A DNA stretch of 64,000 nt from the NCBI GenBank assembly GCA_002269645.1, contig NIVC01000639.1, forward strand, positions 1 to 64,000, written 5' to 3'. The translations under genes were made by a program, and so were the position numbers. Within the stretch, counting starts at the first letter, position 1, and each line of letters begins with the position of its first letter. A model generated the notes under the pieces. It saw only the letters and a list, made by a program, of their open reading frames with translations. It made no database searches and was not told the DNA's origin. Below are positions 28,222 to 56,678 of this stretch, in pieces. Source of the stretch: Macrostomum lignano. Lineage: Eukaryota.

Positions 28222-29657
28222 TTTTTTATATCATTGTTTGTCCAGCTTGCAACAGATTTTGTTTTTCATTTAATTATAACATTTCAAAAGATTGTAATTT
28301 GGGAAGCGCTGCATAACATTTCTATTTTTTTGTATTGGTGTGTGCTGTCTTATTTAAAACGGCCGCCATGTGCATGGGGGTGCCATCGTGGGCCCCAGCT
28401 TAGCTGATAAGGGGGGGGGGCATCATTTTTCCTGTCTTTTAGTGGGTCCGCGCCCCCCCCCTTGCCACTCTAGCTGCGCCCACATCAATTCAGTGAAAAT
28501 AATTAGTAGATAATGCTTTTCCAATTTTATTCTACGTACAATAATTGCACATGCCCTGTGCCTAAAATCAGTTAAAATGTCACGGCTGGCTCATTGGTTT
28601 TATTAATCTGTTTTATCAATCTTAGCTGACTCTAACAATGTGTAACAGAAAATTAAAAAAAAAATTCATAAAACCAATGAATCGAGGTGTGCCATGCATT
28701 TTTTTATGATTTTTATGTACAGGGAATTTATGTAGAATAAAAATTAACATAGAATTCCAGTTTTTTGAACAAAGAACTTTATTAGTATCAATAGAGCTAT
28801 AAGAAAGGCACAGCATATCAAAAGATGAACACTGGATCTGCCTCCTATCGAGAGCAATAACAATTTCTGTGCTGAAAAAAATAAAAACTTCCCATCTCCG
28901 TAGTGTACTTTTTCGGAATACCTGAAAATTTTCCAAGAAACGAGGTTTCCCGTCCTTCCTCGAAATGGGAGTTGCGCCTGGGAGTTGCGCCTGCTCCCCT
29001 CGCACATACTTTTCGCTATCTGCCTAACCAGCCACCTTCATCTTTAATTGCTCAATGCCTTCAATGCCTCGGCTCCCATGTACGCCAGCCCCCCGTTCCT
29101 CCCGGCTCTTATCTATCTCTCCTGATAAATGTACGTTCAGCACCCCCGCTTCATATGCAACAAAGTCAATTAATACTTAATTGGCAAATTAGTTTATCTA
29201 GGCTCGCACAAGAGCTCTTTAGCCCCCCCTCGCATTCTCAGTAATTACGAGTACAACCAAACTTCAATTGAGCGTTTTCGTCTGTTCGCCTTCAATAGTG
29301 TATTCAAAAGTCACAACACGTAATATTAGCATGGCTGTGTGTTTTGGCGCACAAGCGGAGAAGAGAGAGAGGGGTGTAGAGCAGAAGTGGAATGGAGGCC
29401 AAAATGTGCATTGAAAGTGTACGCTTATTTTCCGTCGCAAACGTTCAATTAGAAAAATTGGCAAGAGTTCTCTGCCACCACCTCTTGAAGCATACATATG
29501 CCTGCTTGCTAGCTAGATTTTGCAATTACTTGGCTCCAGACACTGATATTATAGCAGACCTGCTACTCGTCAAAACTTACTCGGGCTGAGTCTCAGCCAG
29601 TCAGCCTCATCTTCATTCGAATGTCCGGTGAAGGATAATTTTTTCACAACTGCCTTC

Positions 29658-30218
29658 ATGAACGCTGCCGGTGCCACTGCAGCGACCGCTCACAGACGTC
29701 AGCCAACTGAACAAGAGTTTCTGGTGGCGATTGCCTCTGGCGACATACAGCTCATTCTTCATGCGGTCCGGAAGGGATTCACAACTATTGATCAACTGAC
29801 CGGCTTCACGGATGAGCGCGTTCGTCTGTCACCGCTGCATCTCGCCTGCCTGACTGGGCAGGTAGCAATGGTGGACATCCTGATCAAGGCGCAGGCGGAT
29901 ATCAATGTGGCAATGGACTTGGGCGAGACTCCTCTGTACTTGGCTGCGCAGAGTGGCAGCGGCAAAATTGTGAGACTGCTCGTCAAGGCTCAAGCGGATG
30001 TCAATATTCAAGATGAGGACGGCGACTCCCCACTGCACGCCGCTTCGCAGGAGGGTCACCTGAAAGTCGTCGACTTTCTCATCCAGGCCAGTGCCAACGT
30101 CAATCTAAGTAACAAAAGGGGTATTGAAACGAAAAATTATATTGGTTTTTCCCATATTATAATCGTTTCCTTCTGCCAACAGTTCAGGAAGACAACGAAC
30201 AATGGACCTCGATGGTAA
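29658..30218 (+). CDS. Ankyrin-repeat protein (3 repeats), last 31 codons supplied by an LTR
   Basis: SPLHLAC, GETPLYLAA and GDSPLHAAS motifs; sequence from 30125 is LTR. Confidence 0.85.
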   Translation: MNAAGATAATAHRRQPTEQEFLVAIASGDIQLILHAVRKGFTTIDQLTGFTDERVRLSPLHLACLTGQVAMVDILIKAQADINVAMDLGETPLYLAAQSGSGKIVRLLVKAQADVNIQDEDGDSPLHAASQEGHLKVVDFLIQASANVNLSNKRGIETKNYIGFSHIIIVSFCQQFRKTTNNGPRW

Positions 30219-30577
30219 CTTTCTCTGTGTGATCTCTAGAGTCACATTCTCAAACTTCAGGCGAGGATCTTTCCTCTTCAATCAGTATATTTTATAAGCT
30301 AGCACACTGTACGCGAGCAACGAGGAATAGGAGCAGTAGGGAGAGAGAGTGGGATTTCGAGGCCCAATAGGCAGTGTCGGTCAGAGGTTGTGCATGCATC
30401 ACGCGAGGGTCGCATGGCTGGGCTTCTTGCTCGCCGATCATCAGGACTATTTTTAGGCATGCAGATCTTGTGCATCTGGGGAGTTGCTGCCAAGGCTGGA
30501 TGCTTGTTCACGCATCACGCGCGTGTCGGCTGATTTCTCCCATCCTCTTGCTAACGGCGCCTTCGTTTCACTTCAGT

Positions 30578-30589
30578 CGCTCTTTTTTC
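30578..30589 (-). promoter_or_regulatory. Polypurine tract
   Basis: GAAAAAAGAGCG then AC then TGAAG (start of the 3' LTR). Confidence 0.75.
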
Positions 30590-31216
30590 AGGGAAGCGAG
30601 GCCCTCCGAGCTCTGTTGAAAATAAGCTTGGAGCAATGATGACATGGCGTACAGTTGTGCATTTGCTTGCGATACGCAGTCCCACTTGATAACTTGCAGT
30701 TGAGTTGATTTTGTTGAAACACGAAACTTGGTCAAGGGGCAAAGTGAACTTGTGACAACAGTGGATGAATTGTACCAGCACATCCTCTTGACTATTTAAT
30801 CAGATCTGAGAGGGGGATTGACGTGAACTCGGAAACTCGACAAATTGAATGGGCTTTTCGATGCCCTAAACAGTGACGCAAATAGGACTGGACACGGAGA
30901 CTCGACAAATTGAAACAGCGTCTGGTAGACAGTCAGATCGGGATGCTGGCTGAAGGTACATTGCAGTTAAATATGACGTCGGAAAAATACCGTCTTGACC
31001 AAATTGATTGTGTAGATCTCTCAACGAAAGTTTCTTCTTGGAAGGGTAAACTGCGTCGCTTCTTGATCTTCGTCCATTGGTCTTGTTTAGTTCGAAGTCT
31101 TCCTTTACTGAAGGCAGGAAAGTCTCAGTTCTCGATTCATTTGGATGGCTGTTGAAGACATGCAGCAGAGCGATAACTGCATGGTATCTGAGACTTCTGT
31201 CTAGCGGTGACTCACG

Positions 31217-31230
31217 CGGTCAGGGAACCA
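31217..31230 (-). promoter_or_regulatory. Primer-binding site for tRNA-Glu
   Basis: TGGTTCCCTGACCG, 2 nt after the 5' LTR, complementary to the metazoan tRNA-Glu 3' end ...CGGTCAGGGAACCA. Confidence 0.85.
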
Positions 31231-32194
31231 ATTGAAACGAAAAATTATATTGGTTTTTCCCATATTATAATCGTTTCCTTCTGCCAACAGTTCAGGAAGA
31301 CAACGAACAATGGACCTCGATGGTAACTTTCTCTGTGTGATCTCTAGAGTCACATTCTCAAACTTCAGGCGAGGATCTTTCCTCTTCAATCAGTATATTT
31401 TATAAGCTAGCACACTGTACGCGAGCAACGAGGAATAGGAGCAGTAGGGAGAGAGAGTGGGATTTCGAGGCCCAATAGGCAGTGTCGGTCAGAGGTTGTG
31501 CATGCATCACGCGAGGGTCGCATGGCTGGGCTTCTTGCTCGCCGATCATCAGGACTATTTTTAGGCATGCAGATCTTGTGCATCTGGGGAGTTGCTGCCA
31601 AGGCTGGATGCTTGTTCACGCATCACGCGCGTGTCGGCTGATTTCTCCCATCCTCTTGCTAACGGCGCCTTCGTTTCACTTCAGTACGATAAAATAGTTC
31701 TCAGCTCCAATCTCCGCAGTGTAAAAGTTCCGACAGCTTTTTAGTACGTCCCCACGGAGATTAGATGCGGCAAGCGCGAAAACCAGTGTAAAGCATTATC
31801 TGCAAGCATGGCAGGCGAGCCAGAGGCACACAAAGGAATCTCGGTCACCCCGCGTGAGCATGAGATCACAGAGATCACAGAGGGCAATCAGACACGAATT
31901 CGTGGCTTCTGTCCCAGTTTGACCCCTCGGTCTCCAGCGATGCCTTCGTAACATCCAAGCGTAGTAGGGATTTTTTTCTGGGGAAATCTGTGCTTCTCGG
32001 AATTTGTCACGCTTTTCTCCTTTGAGTAAATCAGCCCGCGCCCGGATCAGTGCGAGCTCAACCGAGTGGAAATTATTGAGCAAAGAGAAATTCGTGCTCT
32101 GAAAAGTCTGATGTAGCTGTGAGATTCTGGATACTTGCAGAACCTGAATGCCACAGTCGCTTAAGCAGTTGCAGTGCAGTGAGTGTCTTAATGG

Positions 32195-33600
32195 TGAAGT
32201 GTCTTGATGGTGAAGTGTCGGGTTAGTGAAGTGTCGGGTTGGTGAAGTGTCGGGTTGGTGAAGTGTCGGGTTGGTGAAGTGTCGGGTTGGTGAAGTGTTG
32301 GGTTGGTGAAGTGTCGGGTTGGTGAAGTGTCGGGTTGGTGAAGTGTCGGGTTGGTGAAGTGTCGGGTTGGTGAAGTGTCGGGTTGGTGAAGTGTCGGGTT
32401 GGTGAAGTGTCGGGTTGGTGAAGTGTCGGGTTGGTGAAGTGTCGGGTTGGTGAAGTGTCGGGTTGGTGAAGTGTCGGGTTGGTGAAGTATTGGGTTGGTG
32501 AAGTGTCGGGTTGGTGAAGTGTCGGGCTGGTGAAGTGTCGGGTTGGTGAAGTGTCGGGTTGGTGAAGTGTCGGGTTGGTGAAGTGTCGGGTTGGTGAAGT
32601 GTCGGGTTGGTGAAGTATCGGGTTGGTGAAGTGTCGGGTTGGTGAAGTGTCGGGTTGGTGAAGTGTCGGGTTGGTGAAGTGTCGGGTTGGTGAAGTGTCG
32701 GGTTGGTGAAGTATCGGGTTGGTGAAGTGTCGGGTTGGTGAAGTGTCGGGTTGGTGAAGTGTCGGGTTGGTGAAGTGTCGGGTTGGTGAAGTGTCGGGTT
32801 GGTGAAGTGTCGGGTTGGTGAAGTGTCGGGTTGGTGAAGTGTCGGGTTGGTGAAGTGTCGGGTTGGTGAAGTGTCGGGTTGGTGAAGTATTGGGTTGGTG
32901 AAGTGTCGGGTTGCTGGAATTTTGGGTTGGTGAAGTGTCGGGTTGGTGAAGTGTCGGGTTGGTAAAGTGTCGGGTTGGTGAAGTGTCGGGTTGGTGAAGT
33001 GTCGGGTTGGTGAAGTGTCGGGTTGGTGAAGTGTCGGGTTGGTGAAGTGTCGGGTTGGTGAAGTGTCGGGTTGGTGAAGTGTCGGGTTGGTGAAGTGTCG
33101 GGTTGGTGAAGTGTCGGGTTGGTGAAGTGTCGGGTTGGTGAAGTGTCGGGTTGGTGAAGTGTCGGGTTGGTGAAGTGTCGGGTTGGTGAAGTGTCGGGTT
33201 GGTGAAGTGTCGGGTTGGTGAAGTGTCGGGTTGGTGAAGTGTCGGGTTGGTGAAGTGTCGGGTTGGTGAAGTGTCGGGTTGGTGAAGTATTGGGTTGGTG
33301 AAGTGTCGGGTTGCTGGAATTTTGGGTTGTGAAGTGTCGGGTTGGTGAAGTATCGGGTTGGTGAAGTGTCGGGTTGGTGAAGTGTCGGGTTGGTGAAGTG
33401 TCGGGTTGGTGAAGTGTCGGGTTGGTGAAGTGTCGGGTTGGTGAAGTGTCGGGTTGGTGAAGTGTCGGGTTGGTGAAGTGTCGGGTTGGTGAAGTGTCGG
33501 GTTGGTGAAGTGTCGGGTTGGTGAAGTGTCGGGTTGGTGAAGTATCGGGTTGGTGAAGTGTCGGGTTGGTGAAGTGTCGTGTTGGTGAAGTGTCGGGCTG
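32195..33600. repeat. 16-bp minisatellite GGTGAAGTGTCGGGTT
   Basis: Seen directly. Confidence 0.96.
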
Positions 33601-34114
33601 CTGGAATTTAGGATTGGAATATTTTAGAAAATCAAATCTTCAGCTTGGTGAAGTTCCTCGATACTCGCTCACTAAAACAAACCTTGAATTCCTTTTAGTT
33701 TCTCAATACCTTGTCCACTTGCTGCAAGACAGTTTCACCCATTCAATACTCGTACTGCAAGACTGACGCTAGAATGAAAAAATCAATTTGTAATGCCATG
33801 GGGGCAGACAATATTCGTGTATTTCATCATCTGCGGACAGCTTTTTACTGCCGTTTTTTCACGCGAAGTGGCGGTTTGCTAATGGACAAAAAGTGATTGC
33901 CTGGACACTAAAGGGGATTCCGGATAAACAGTGGGTGATTCACTGGGCGAGTGCAAATATGGGTGAACAGGTTGGTAAACACCTTTCATGTGACAAGAGC
34001 AACATAAACTGTTTTGAGGTTAATATTTACATGACATTGTAGTGCACAACAGTGTGCAGCAGACAGTGGGACACCACGCATGACACTCGAAACTGCTGTA
34101 CAGCTGAAGTGCAC

Positions 34115-34800
34115 AGACAGATTCCACAACACACTGTGCTGACAACGGATAGAGATTCCACAACACACTGTGCTTCCAGCGGATAGAGATTCCACAACAC
34201 ACTGTGCTGACAACGGATAGAGATTCCACAACACACTGTGCTTCCAGCGGATAGAGATTCCACAACACACTGTGCTGACAACGGATAGAGATTCCACAAC
34301 ACACTGTGCTGCCAGCGGATAGACACATGAGTTCACATAGGACACTGTGCTGCCAGCGGATAGACACATGAGTTCACATAGGACACTGTGCTGCCAGCGG
34401 ATAGACACAAGAGTTCACATAGGACACTGTGCTGCCAGCGGATAGACACAAGAGTTCACATAGGACACTGTGCTGCCAGCGGATAGACACAAGAGTCCAC
34501 ATAGGACACTGTGCTGCCAGCGGATAGACACAAGAGTCCACATAGGACACTGTGCTGCCAGCGGATAGACACAAGAGTTCACATAGGACACTGTGCTGCC
34601 AGCGGATAGACACAAGAGTTCACATAGGACACTGTGCTGCCAGCGGATAGACACAAGAGTTCACATAGGACACTGTGCTGCCAGCGGATAGACACAAGAG
34701 TTCACATAGGACACTGTGCTGCCAGCGGATAGACACAAGAGTCCACATAGGACACTGTGCTGCCAGCGGATAGACACAAGAGTTCACATAGGACACTGTG
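34115..34800. repeat. Composite 34-bp then 41-bp minisatellite sharing a CACTGTGCT-CCAGCGGATAGA core
   Basis: Seen directly. Confidence 0.9.
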
Positions 34801-34900
34801 CCATCAAGACAACAGACAAAATAATTCAGAAAAAATCGAGAAAAATTCCATCGAGTGAGATTCTCAATGTGCCTGTCAAGCATTCTGACAGGCTCCGGAG

Positions 34901-49122
<14,222 letters not shown>

Positions 49123-49819
49123 GGCGATGGGGCTAGCAGAAAAGTTGCTGTCTCAGCTGTTGCTAGGGGGGATTATCCAGTTAGTCAGTGCCGCGATCCA
49201 TCACCCGCAGCGCTCAGTGCGCGGCCTCTTCAACAGCCGCTGTGGCAGTCGCTGGCTGGGGAGGGGGTGGCAGGTCATCGCTGATTGGCTGAGGGGCTGC
49301 CATCAATAACCAGTCCCGGGGATCGGCAGCTTCCATCCGTACAGCGGCTGACCCGCATGCTACCGTCAGCGAGTGCACTGCTGCTGCTTGGGTGACCAGC
49401 CAGTCCCTCTCCCCGTCTCTGTCACGTTTCTCATCGCTCGCCGCTACACTTTTTACTGTCAGCCGTTGCCGGACCGAGGCGAATGCGGCCAACAATCACT
49501 CAGATTGTTGCTGGGCTCGTGACCTCTCCCAGCATCCCCTATCACTTCCATTATTTTTATCTTCCTAGATTCCATAGCTGGCTTCAGTTGCAACTGGCTC
49601 TGTACTCTCAATAGCAATCATCACTGTCTCCCATCTATAAAGTGCATGGTGTCTTTTTTGACAATATTTCTGTCTGATTTAAAATTCTGATGCAGCAGCA
49701 CTGGGCTGATGCTTATAAACCATTCTGCCAACTGTGTCAGCATCTCATCGGGTAAATACTGAGCATGCTCTGGAAATTCCCATTCAACCGATGAGCAGGT
49801 AGACAAGACACTTCTCCCT

Positions 49820-50500
49820 TGATGGTTACATTGTCTATGGCCCAGAGTAGTTCTATGGCAGTGGCTGCTGCTGTCTTGATGGTTACATTGTCTATGGCCC
49901 AGAGTAGTTCTATGGCAGTGGCTGCTGCTGTCTTGATGGGTACATTGTCTATGGCCCAGAGTAGTTCTATGGCAGTGGCTGCTGCTGTCTTGATGGGTAC
50001 ATTGTCTATGGCCCAGAGTAGTTCTATGGCAGTGGCTGCTGCTGTCTTGATGGGTACATTGTCTATGGCCCAGAGTAGTTCTATGGCAGTGGCTGCTGCT
50101 GTCTTGATGGGTACATTGTCTATGGCCCAGAGTAGTTCTATGGCAGTGACTGCTTCTGCCTTGATGGATACACTGTCTATGGCCCAGAGTAGTTCTATGG
50201 CAGTGGCTGCTGCTGCCTTGATGGATACACTGTCTTATGGCCCAGAGTAGTTCTATGGCAGTGGCTGCTGCTGCCTTGATGGATACACTGTCTATGGCCC
50301 AGAGTAGTTCTATGGCAGTGGCTTCTGCTGCCTTGATGGATACACTGTCTATGGCCCAGAGTAGTTCTATGGCAGTGGCTTCTGCTGCCTTGATGGGTAC
50401 ATTGTCTATGGCCCAGAGTAGTTCTATGGCAGTGGCTGCTGCTGTCTTGATGGATACATTGTCTATGGCCCAGAGTAGTTCTATGGCAGTGGCTGCTGCT
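49820..50500. repeat. 57-bp minisatellite, about 12 copies
   Basis: TGTCTATGGCCCAGAGTAGTTCTATGGCAGTGGCTGCTGCTGTCTTGATGGGTACAT. Confidence 0.95.
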
Positions 50501-51061
50501 GCAGTGAAGTGGATTCTTAACTTGAATGGCCCAGTTATCAACCTGACTAACAGAATAAAAGAGCAACAAACGCAGGGATAGCAGAGTAGACCAAGCCCCC
50601 CTCAGCCTGAGCTCCCTTAGCAGATTAGCGGCAATCGATGCTCAGAGGGATTTCACCACCGAAGATAAGCAGACTATCGGTGGCCATCTGTGTTGCTCAA
50701 GTAGCAGTGGCCATTTGCTTAATTGCATTGCTGCTCACCCAACTGCACCCAACACGGCTCCCAGACTCCCACCCGCCACTGCAGCGGCCACACAGTCTGT
50801 CCAAAGTGGTGAAAAAAACAAAATTAAAAATTCTCTAAATTGACCGTTTTGAATATTAAATTTCATTTTGCTTAAATAACTGATGCGCCAGCAGTGTGAG
50901 CTCTGACCCCGTCCTCACCACCGCACCCAGCTTCTCTGACTGGGCCTCTGGGCAGAGGGAACCGGATTTGACTGCATGACATCCTATGAGTGCATGTTCT
51001 CCTGAGCACATGACACCCACATATAGACTCTGGCTATTTTATGGAAGTCTCATCCAAATAC

Positions 51062-52405
51062 TTGTCCTCATCCTCATCCTCATCCTCATCATCATCCTCA
51101 TCCTTATCATCATCCTCATCCTCATCCTCATCCTCATCCTCATCCTCATCCTCATCCTCATTTTTATCCTCATCCTCATCCTCATCCTCATCCTCATCCT
51201 CATCCTCATTCTCATCCTCATCCTCATCCTCATCCGCATCCTCATCCTCATCCTCATTCTCATCCTCATCCTCATCCTCATCCTCATCCTCATCCTCATT
51301 TTTATCCTCATCCTCATCCTCATCCTCATCCTCATCCGCATCCTCATCCTCATCCTCATCCTCATCCTCATCCTCATTTTTATCCTCATCCTCATCCTCA
51401 TCCTCATCCTCATCCGCATCCTCATCCTCATCCTCATCCTCATCCTCATCCTCATCCTCATTTTTATCCTCATCCTCATCCTCATTTTCATCCTCATCCT
51501 CATTTTCATCCTCATCCTCATCCTCATCCTCATCCTCATCCTTATCCTTATCCTCATCCTCATCCTTATCATCATCCTCATTCTCATCCTCATCCTCATC
51601 CTCATCCTCATCCTCATCCTTATCCTCATCCTCATCCTCATCCTCATCCTCATCCTCATCCTCATCCTCATTCTCATCCTCATCCTCATCCTCATCCTCA
51701 TCCTCATTTTCATCCTCATCCTCATCCTCATCCTCATCCTCATCCTCATCCTCATCCTCATCCTCATTTTCATCCTCATCCTCATTCTCATTCTCATCCT
51801 CATTCTCATTCTCATCCTCATCCTCATCCTCATCCGCATCCTCATCCTCATCCTCATCCTCATCCTCATCCTCATTCTCATTTTTATCCTCATCCTCATC
51901 CTCATTTTCATCCTCATTTTTATCCTCATCCTCATCCTCATTTTTATCCTCATCCTCATCCTCATTTTCATCCTCATCCTCATCCTCATCCTCATCCTCA
52001 TTCTCATCCTCATTCTCATTCTCATTCTCATCCTCATCCTCATCCGCATCCTCATCCTCATCCTCATTTTTATCCTCATCCTCATCCTCATTTTTATCCT
52101 CATCCTCATCCTCATTTTCATCCTCATCCTCATTCTCATCCGCATCCTCATCCTCATCCTCATTCTCATCCTCATCCTCATCCTCATCCTCATCCTCATC
52201 CTCATTTTTATCCTCATCCTCATCCTCATCCTCATCCTCATCCGCATCCTCATCCTCATCCTCATTTTCATTCTCATTCTCATTCTCATCCTCATCCTCA
52301 TCCTCATCCTCATCCTCATTTTTATCCTCATTCTCATCCTCATTTTCATTCTCATCCTCATTCTCATTCTCATTCTCATCCTCATTCTCATTCTCATCCT
52401 CATCC
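51062..52405. repeat. (ATCCTC)n
   Basis: Seen directly. Confidence 0.97.
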
Positions 52406-53304
52406 CCATGCCGGGAACTCCCACTACTCTACTCATTTTCCTTCGAGCCGAGCGCTCAAAGCTGTATCCTTGGCCACACATCTTGCCGTACGGCCCGTCA
52501 GTTCGGATCCCAGCAGCTCCGACATCTCCCAGCCTCACCGCAGATCTCTGGCCAATCCGCGCAGATCCCGCTCGACATCGCCGTGATGATTGCCAGAAGA
52601 AGTTTCGCATCAGCTCCCCGTGAATTTGCCTCGGATCGCAGATTTGCCTTGGCAACTCAGTGCACTTTTGCAAGCTCAAACCGCTGGGCCGGATCGGCAG
52701 TTCGCAGCGGGGCGCCGCCCCATCCCCAATTCGTCAGCATGGAGATCTTCAACCAGAGTCCAGGAGGAGGCTACAGCCGACCTAGCATCAGCTTCCACTA
52801 GCTTCATCATCACTCCTGTTGCGGACTTCTGAGTTTCAAAGCACCCACAAGTTTATCGAGAAAGTTTTCCATGAAATGCTACCCAATGCTAAATTTTCTT
52901 GAAGTTCCAGAGAATCTGCACTCCAGACCCTGCTTCTAGGTGGCCTTGGTTCTCAAACTCGCTTCCCTAACTCGCTTAAGTCACTCGCTGGGTTGCTAAT
53001 TTCTTGTTGGACGAAACCGCACAGGCCGGGGGGGGGGGAGAGAAAGTCCTCGAACTCCGGGTTGTCAGGCCAGCTCAGATCGCTTGTTTATCCATCGTGT
53101 CAGCCGTTTCTCGCTCAACTGTTCGCCGACTTTCTCTTTGATATTGTGCACTGGAGTCCTGTCTCTGCTTTTGTGACTCCGTTTAGTGGAGCGGAATGAA
53201 ATTGGGATGCCAGCTCAGGGCTTGGACTAGTTGAGAAGTTGCCAGCGATAAGCGGGCTGGATAAGTCAGTTCAGGCCGCAGCTACGCATCGGGAGCAGTT
53301 GTGT

Positions 53305-54070
<766 letters not shown>

Positions 54071-54664
54071 GAGGCATAGAGTCGTCAGTCAGGTTAAGTT
54101 CTGTTGCGAAGGTGTGCAAGCAACTACCCCTACTTACACTGCTTAGACCATACTGGGAGCCAAGTCGCACATTGATTCTTGACTTTATTTTTTTCTGTAA
54201 ATCATTTGAACGCCATTCATTTTCAACAGTATTGCAAGCCAGTTAGCAAAAAAGGCCTTCGCGTGAATAAGCAGTGATTCAGTCTGCGACGGACATCCTT
54301 CTCACCAGTCACGCTCAGAACCCCAGTCAGCAATCTTAAACTCAAAGCAGATAAACAAAGCAGCTTCTCTTTTGTCTTCGAAAAAAGTGAAAAGTGCACC
54401 GCCTCAGTTCCTTTCCACTGACTGCAGACAATGCAGTGTTTTTAACCATATGTGGCTGGGCGTGGGCGGTCCATGGTTCTAAATTAACAAGCCGAAACTA
54501 AGGGTAGAGGCTGCACAGAGAGGGTCTTCTTAAAAGGAATTGCTCCCATCATTCAGGGTATTACTCAGATCCTTCAGGATACTACTCAGATCCTTCAGGA
54601 GAATTGCTTAGACACTTCAGACAAAAAAGCCCAGATTATTCAGGGTATTACTCAAATCCTTCAT

Positions 54665-54800
54665 GGTTGTTCACTCAAATCTTTAAGGGTTGTTCACTCA
54701 TATCCTTAAGGGTTGTTCACTCAAATCCTTAAGGGTTGTTCACTCATATCCTTAAGGGTTGTTCACTCAAATCCTTAAGGGTTGTTCACTCATATCCTTC
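54665..54800. repeat. 23-bp repeat TCCTTAAGGGTTGTTCACTCAAA
   Basis: Seen directly. Confidence 0.85.
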
Positions 54801-55334
54801 AGGGGTAGTACTCAAATACTTCAGGGGTAGTACTCAAATCCTTCAGGTTAGTTGCTCAGTAGGTACTGCAGAGTCAGTGCTTGGACCGCAAATGACTTCA
54901 GAAGAATTACTAAAAATGTCTTGTTGTGCGATTAAAGACGCAGAACGGTCAGCCTACCTGCATCCTGGAATCCCCGTGGGTACCCCGCCTCGGTAAAGCT
55001 GAGAGCGCAGCCCTGCAGCCACTCGCTCAGTCGGGTCGATGGCCGCCCGCTCTCCCCGTCTGTAACAGGCCTCCAGAGCCTCAAGCCTGAAGCAATCAAT
55101 ACTGAAGTGTATTTGCGGCGCCTAAAGAGTTGAGCCCGACTCGAGCTGCAAGATTAAGCACACAAATCTGACACTCGGGAAGCTGACCCGCCTGTCACCG
55201 AGTGCCGAGTTTTGATAAGCATTGAAAAACATGCCAGCCATTCACTCTGCTTGAGCCTGCTGGCTAGCATGTCAGCAAGTACTTTACACTTACAGTTCGA
55301 AGCTGCTTGCTGCCTTTGATGACGGCTGGAGCAT

Positions 55335-56678
55335 GCAGCACATCCACATGCACATCCACATCCACATCCACATCCACATCCACATGCACATCCACATCCA
55401 CATCCACATGCACATCCACATCCCCATCCACATCCACATGCACATCCACATCCACATCCACATCCACATCCACATGCACATGCACATCCACATGCACATC
55501 CACATCCACATCCACATCCACATCCACATCCACATCCACATCCACATCCACATCCACATCCACATCCACATCCACATCCACATCCACATCCACATCCACA
55601 TCCACATCCACATGCACATCCACATGCACATCCACATCCACATCCACATGCACATCCACATGCACATCCACATCCACATCCACATCCACATCCACATCCA
55701 CATCCACATCCACATCCCCATCCACATCCACATGCACATCCACATCCACATCCACATCCACATCCACATCCACATGCACATGCACATCCACATCCACATC
55801 CACATCCACATCCACATCCACATCCACATCCACATCCCCATCCACATCCACATGCACATGCACATCCACATCCACATGCACATCCACATCCACATGCACA
55901 TGCACATCCACATCCACATCCACATCCACATCCACATCCACATCCACATGCACATGCACATCCACATCCACATCCACATCCACATCCACATCCACATCCA
56001 CATGCACATGCACATCCACATCCACATCCACATCCACATCCACATCCACATGCACATGCACATGCACATCCACATCCACATGCACATCCACATCCACATG
56101 CACATCCACATCCACATCCACATCCACATCCACATCCACATGCACATGCACATCCACATCCACATCCACATCCACATCCACATCCACATCCACATGCACA
56201 TGCACATCCACATCCACATCCACATCCACATCCACATGCACATGCACATCCACATCCACATCCACATCCACATCCACATCCACATCCACATCCACATCCA
56301 CATCCACATCCACATCCACATCCACATCCACATCCACATCCCCATCCCCATCCACATGCACATCCACATCCACATCCACATCCACATCCACATCCACATC
56401 CACATCCACATCCACATCCACATCCACATCCACATCCACATCCACATCCACATCCACATCCACATCCACATCCACATCCACATCCACATCCCCATCCACA
56501 TCCACATCCACATCCACATCCACATCCACATCCACATCCACATCCACATCCACATCCACATCCACATGCACATCCACATCCACATCCACATCCACATCCA
56601 CATGCACATCCACATCCACATCCACATCCACATTCACATCAACATCCACATCCACATCAACATCCACATCCACATGCA
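55335..56678. repeat. (CACATC)n
   Basis: Seen directly. Confidence 0.97.

Larger units (their letters stand above)
30125..31683 (-). mobile_element. Complete non-autonomous LTR retroelement (TRIM/LARD-like), 1,559 bp
   Basis: Two 451-bp LTRs (30125-30575, 31233-31683), identical by eye, TG...CA ends. PBS, PPT and imperfect 4-bp TSD GTAT/GTAC. No gag/pol ORF in the 657-bp interior. Confidence 0.9.

Noticed and set aside
30299-30511. Duplicated 70-aa gene (also 31407-31619)
   Set aside because: Both copies lie inside the identical LTRs and show no protein features
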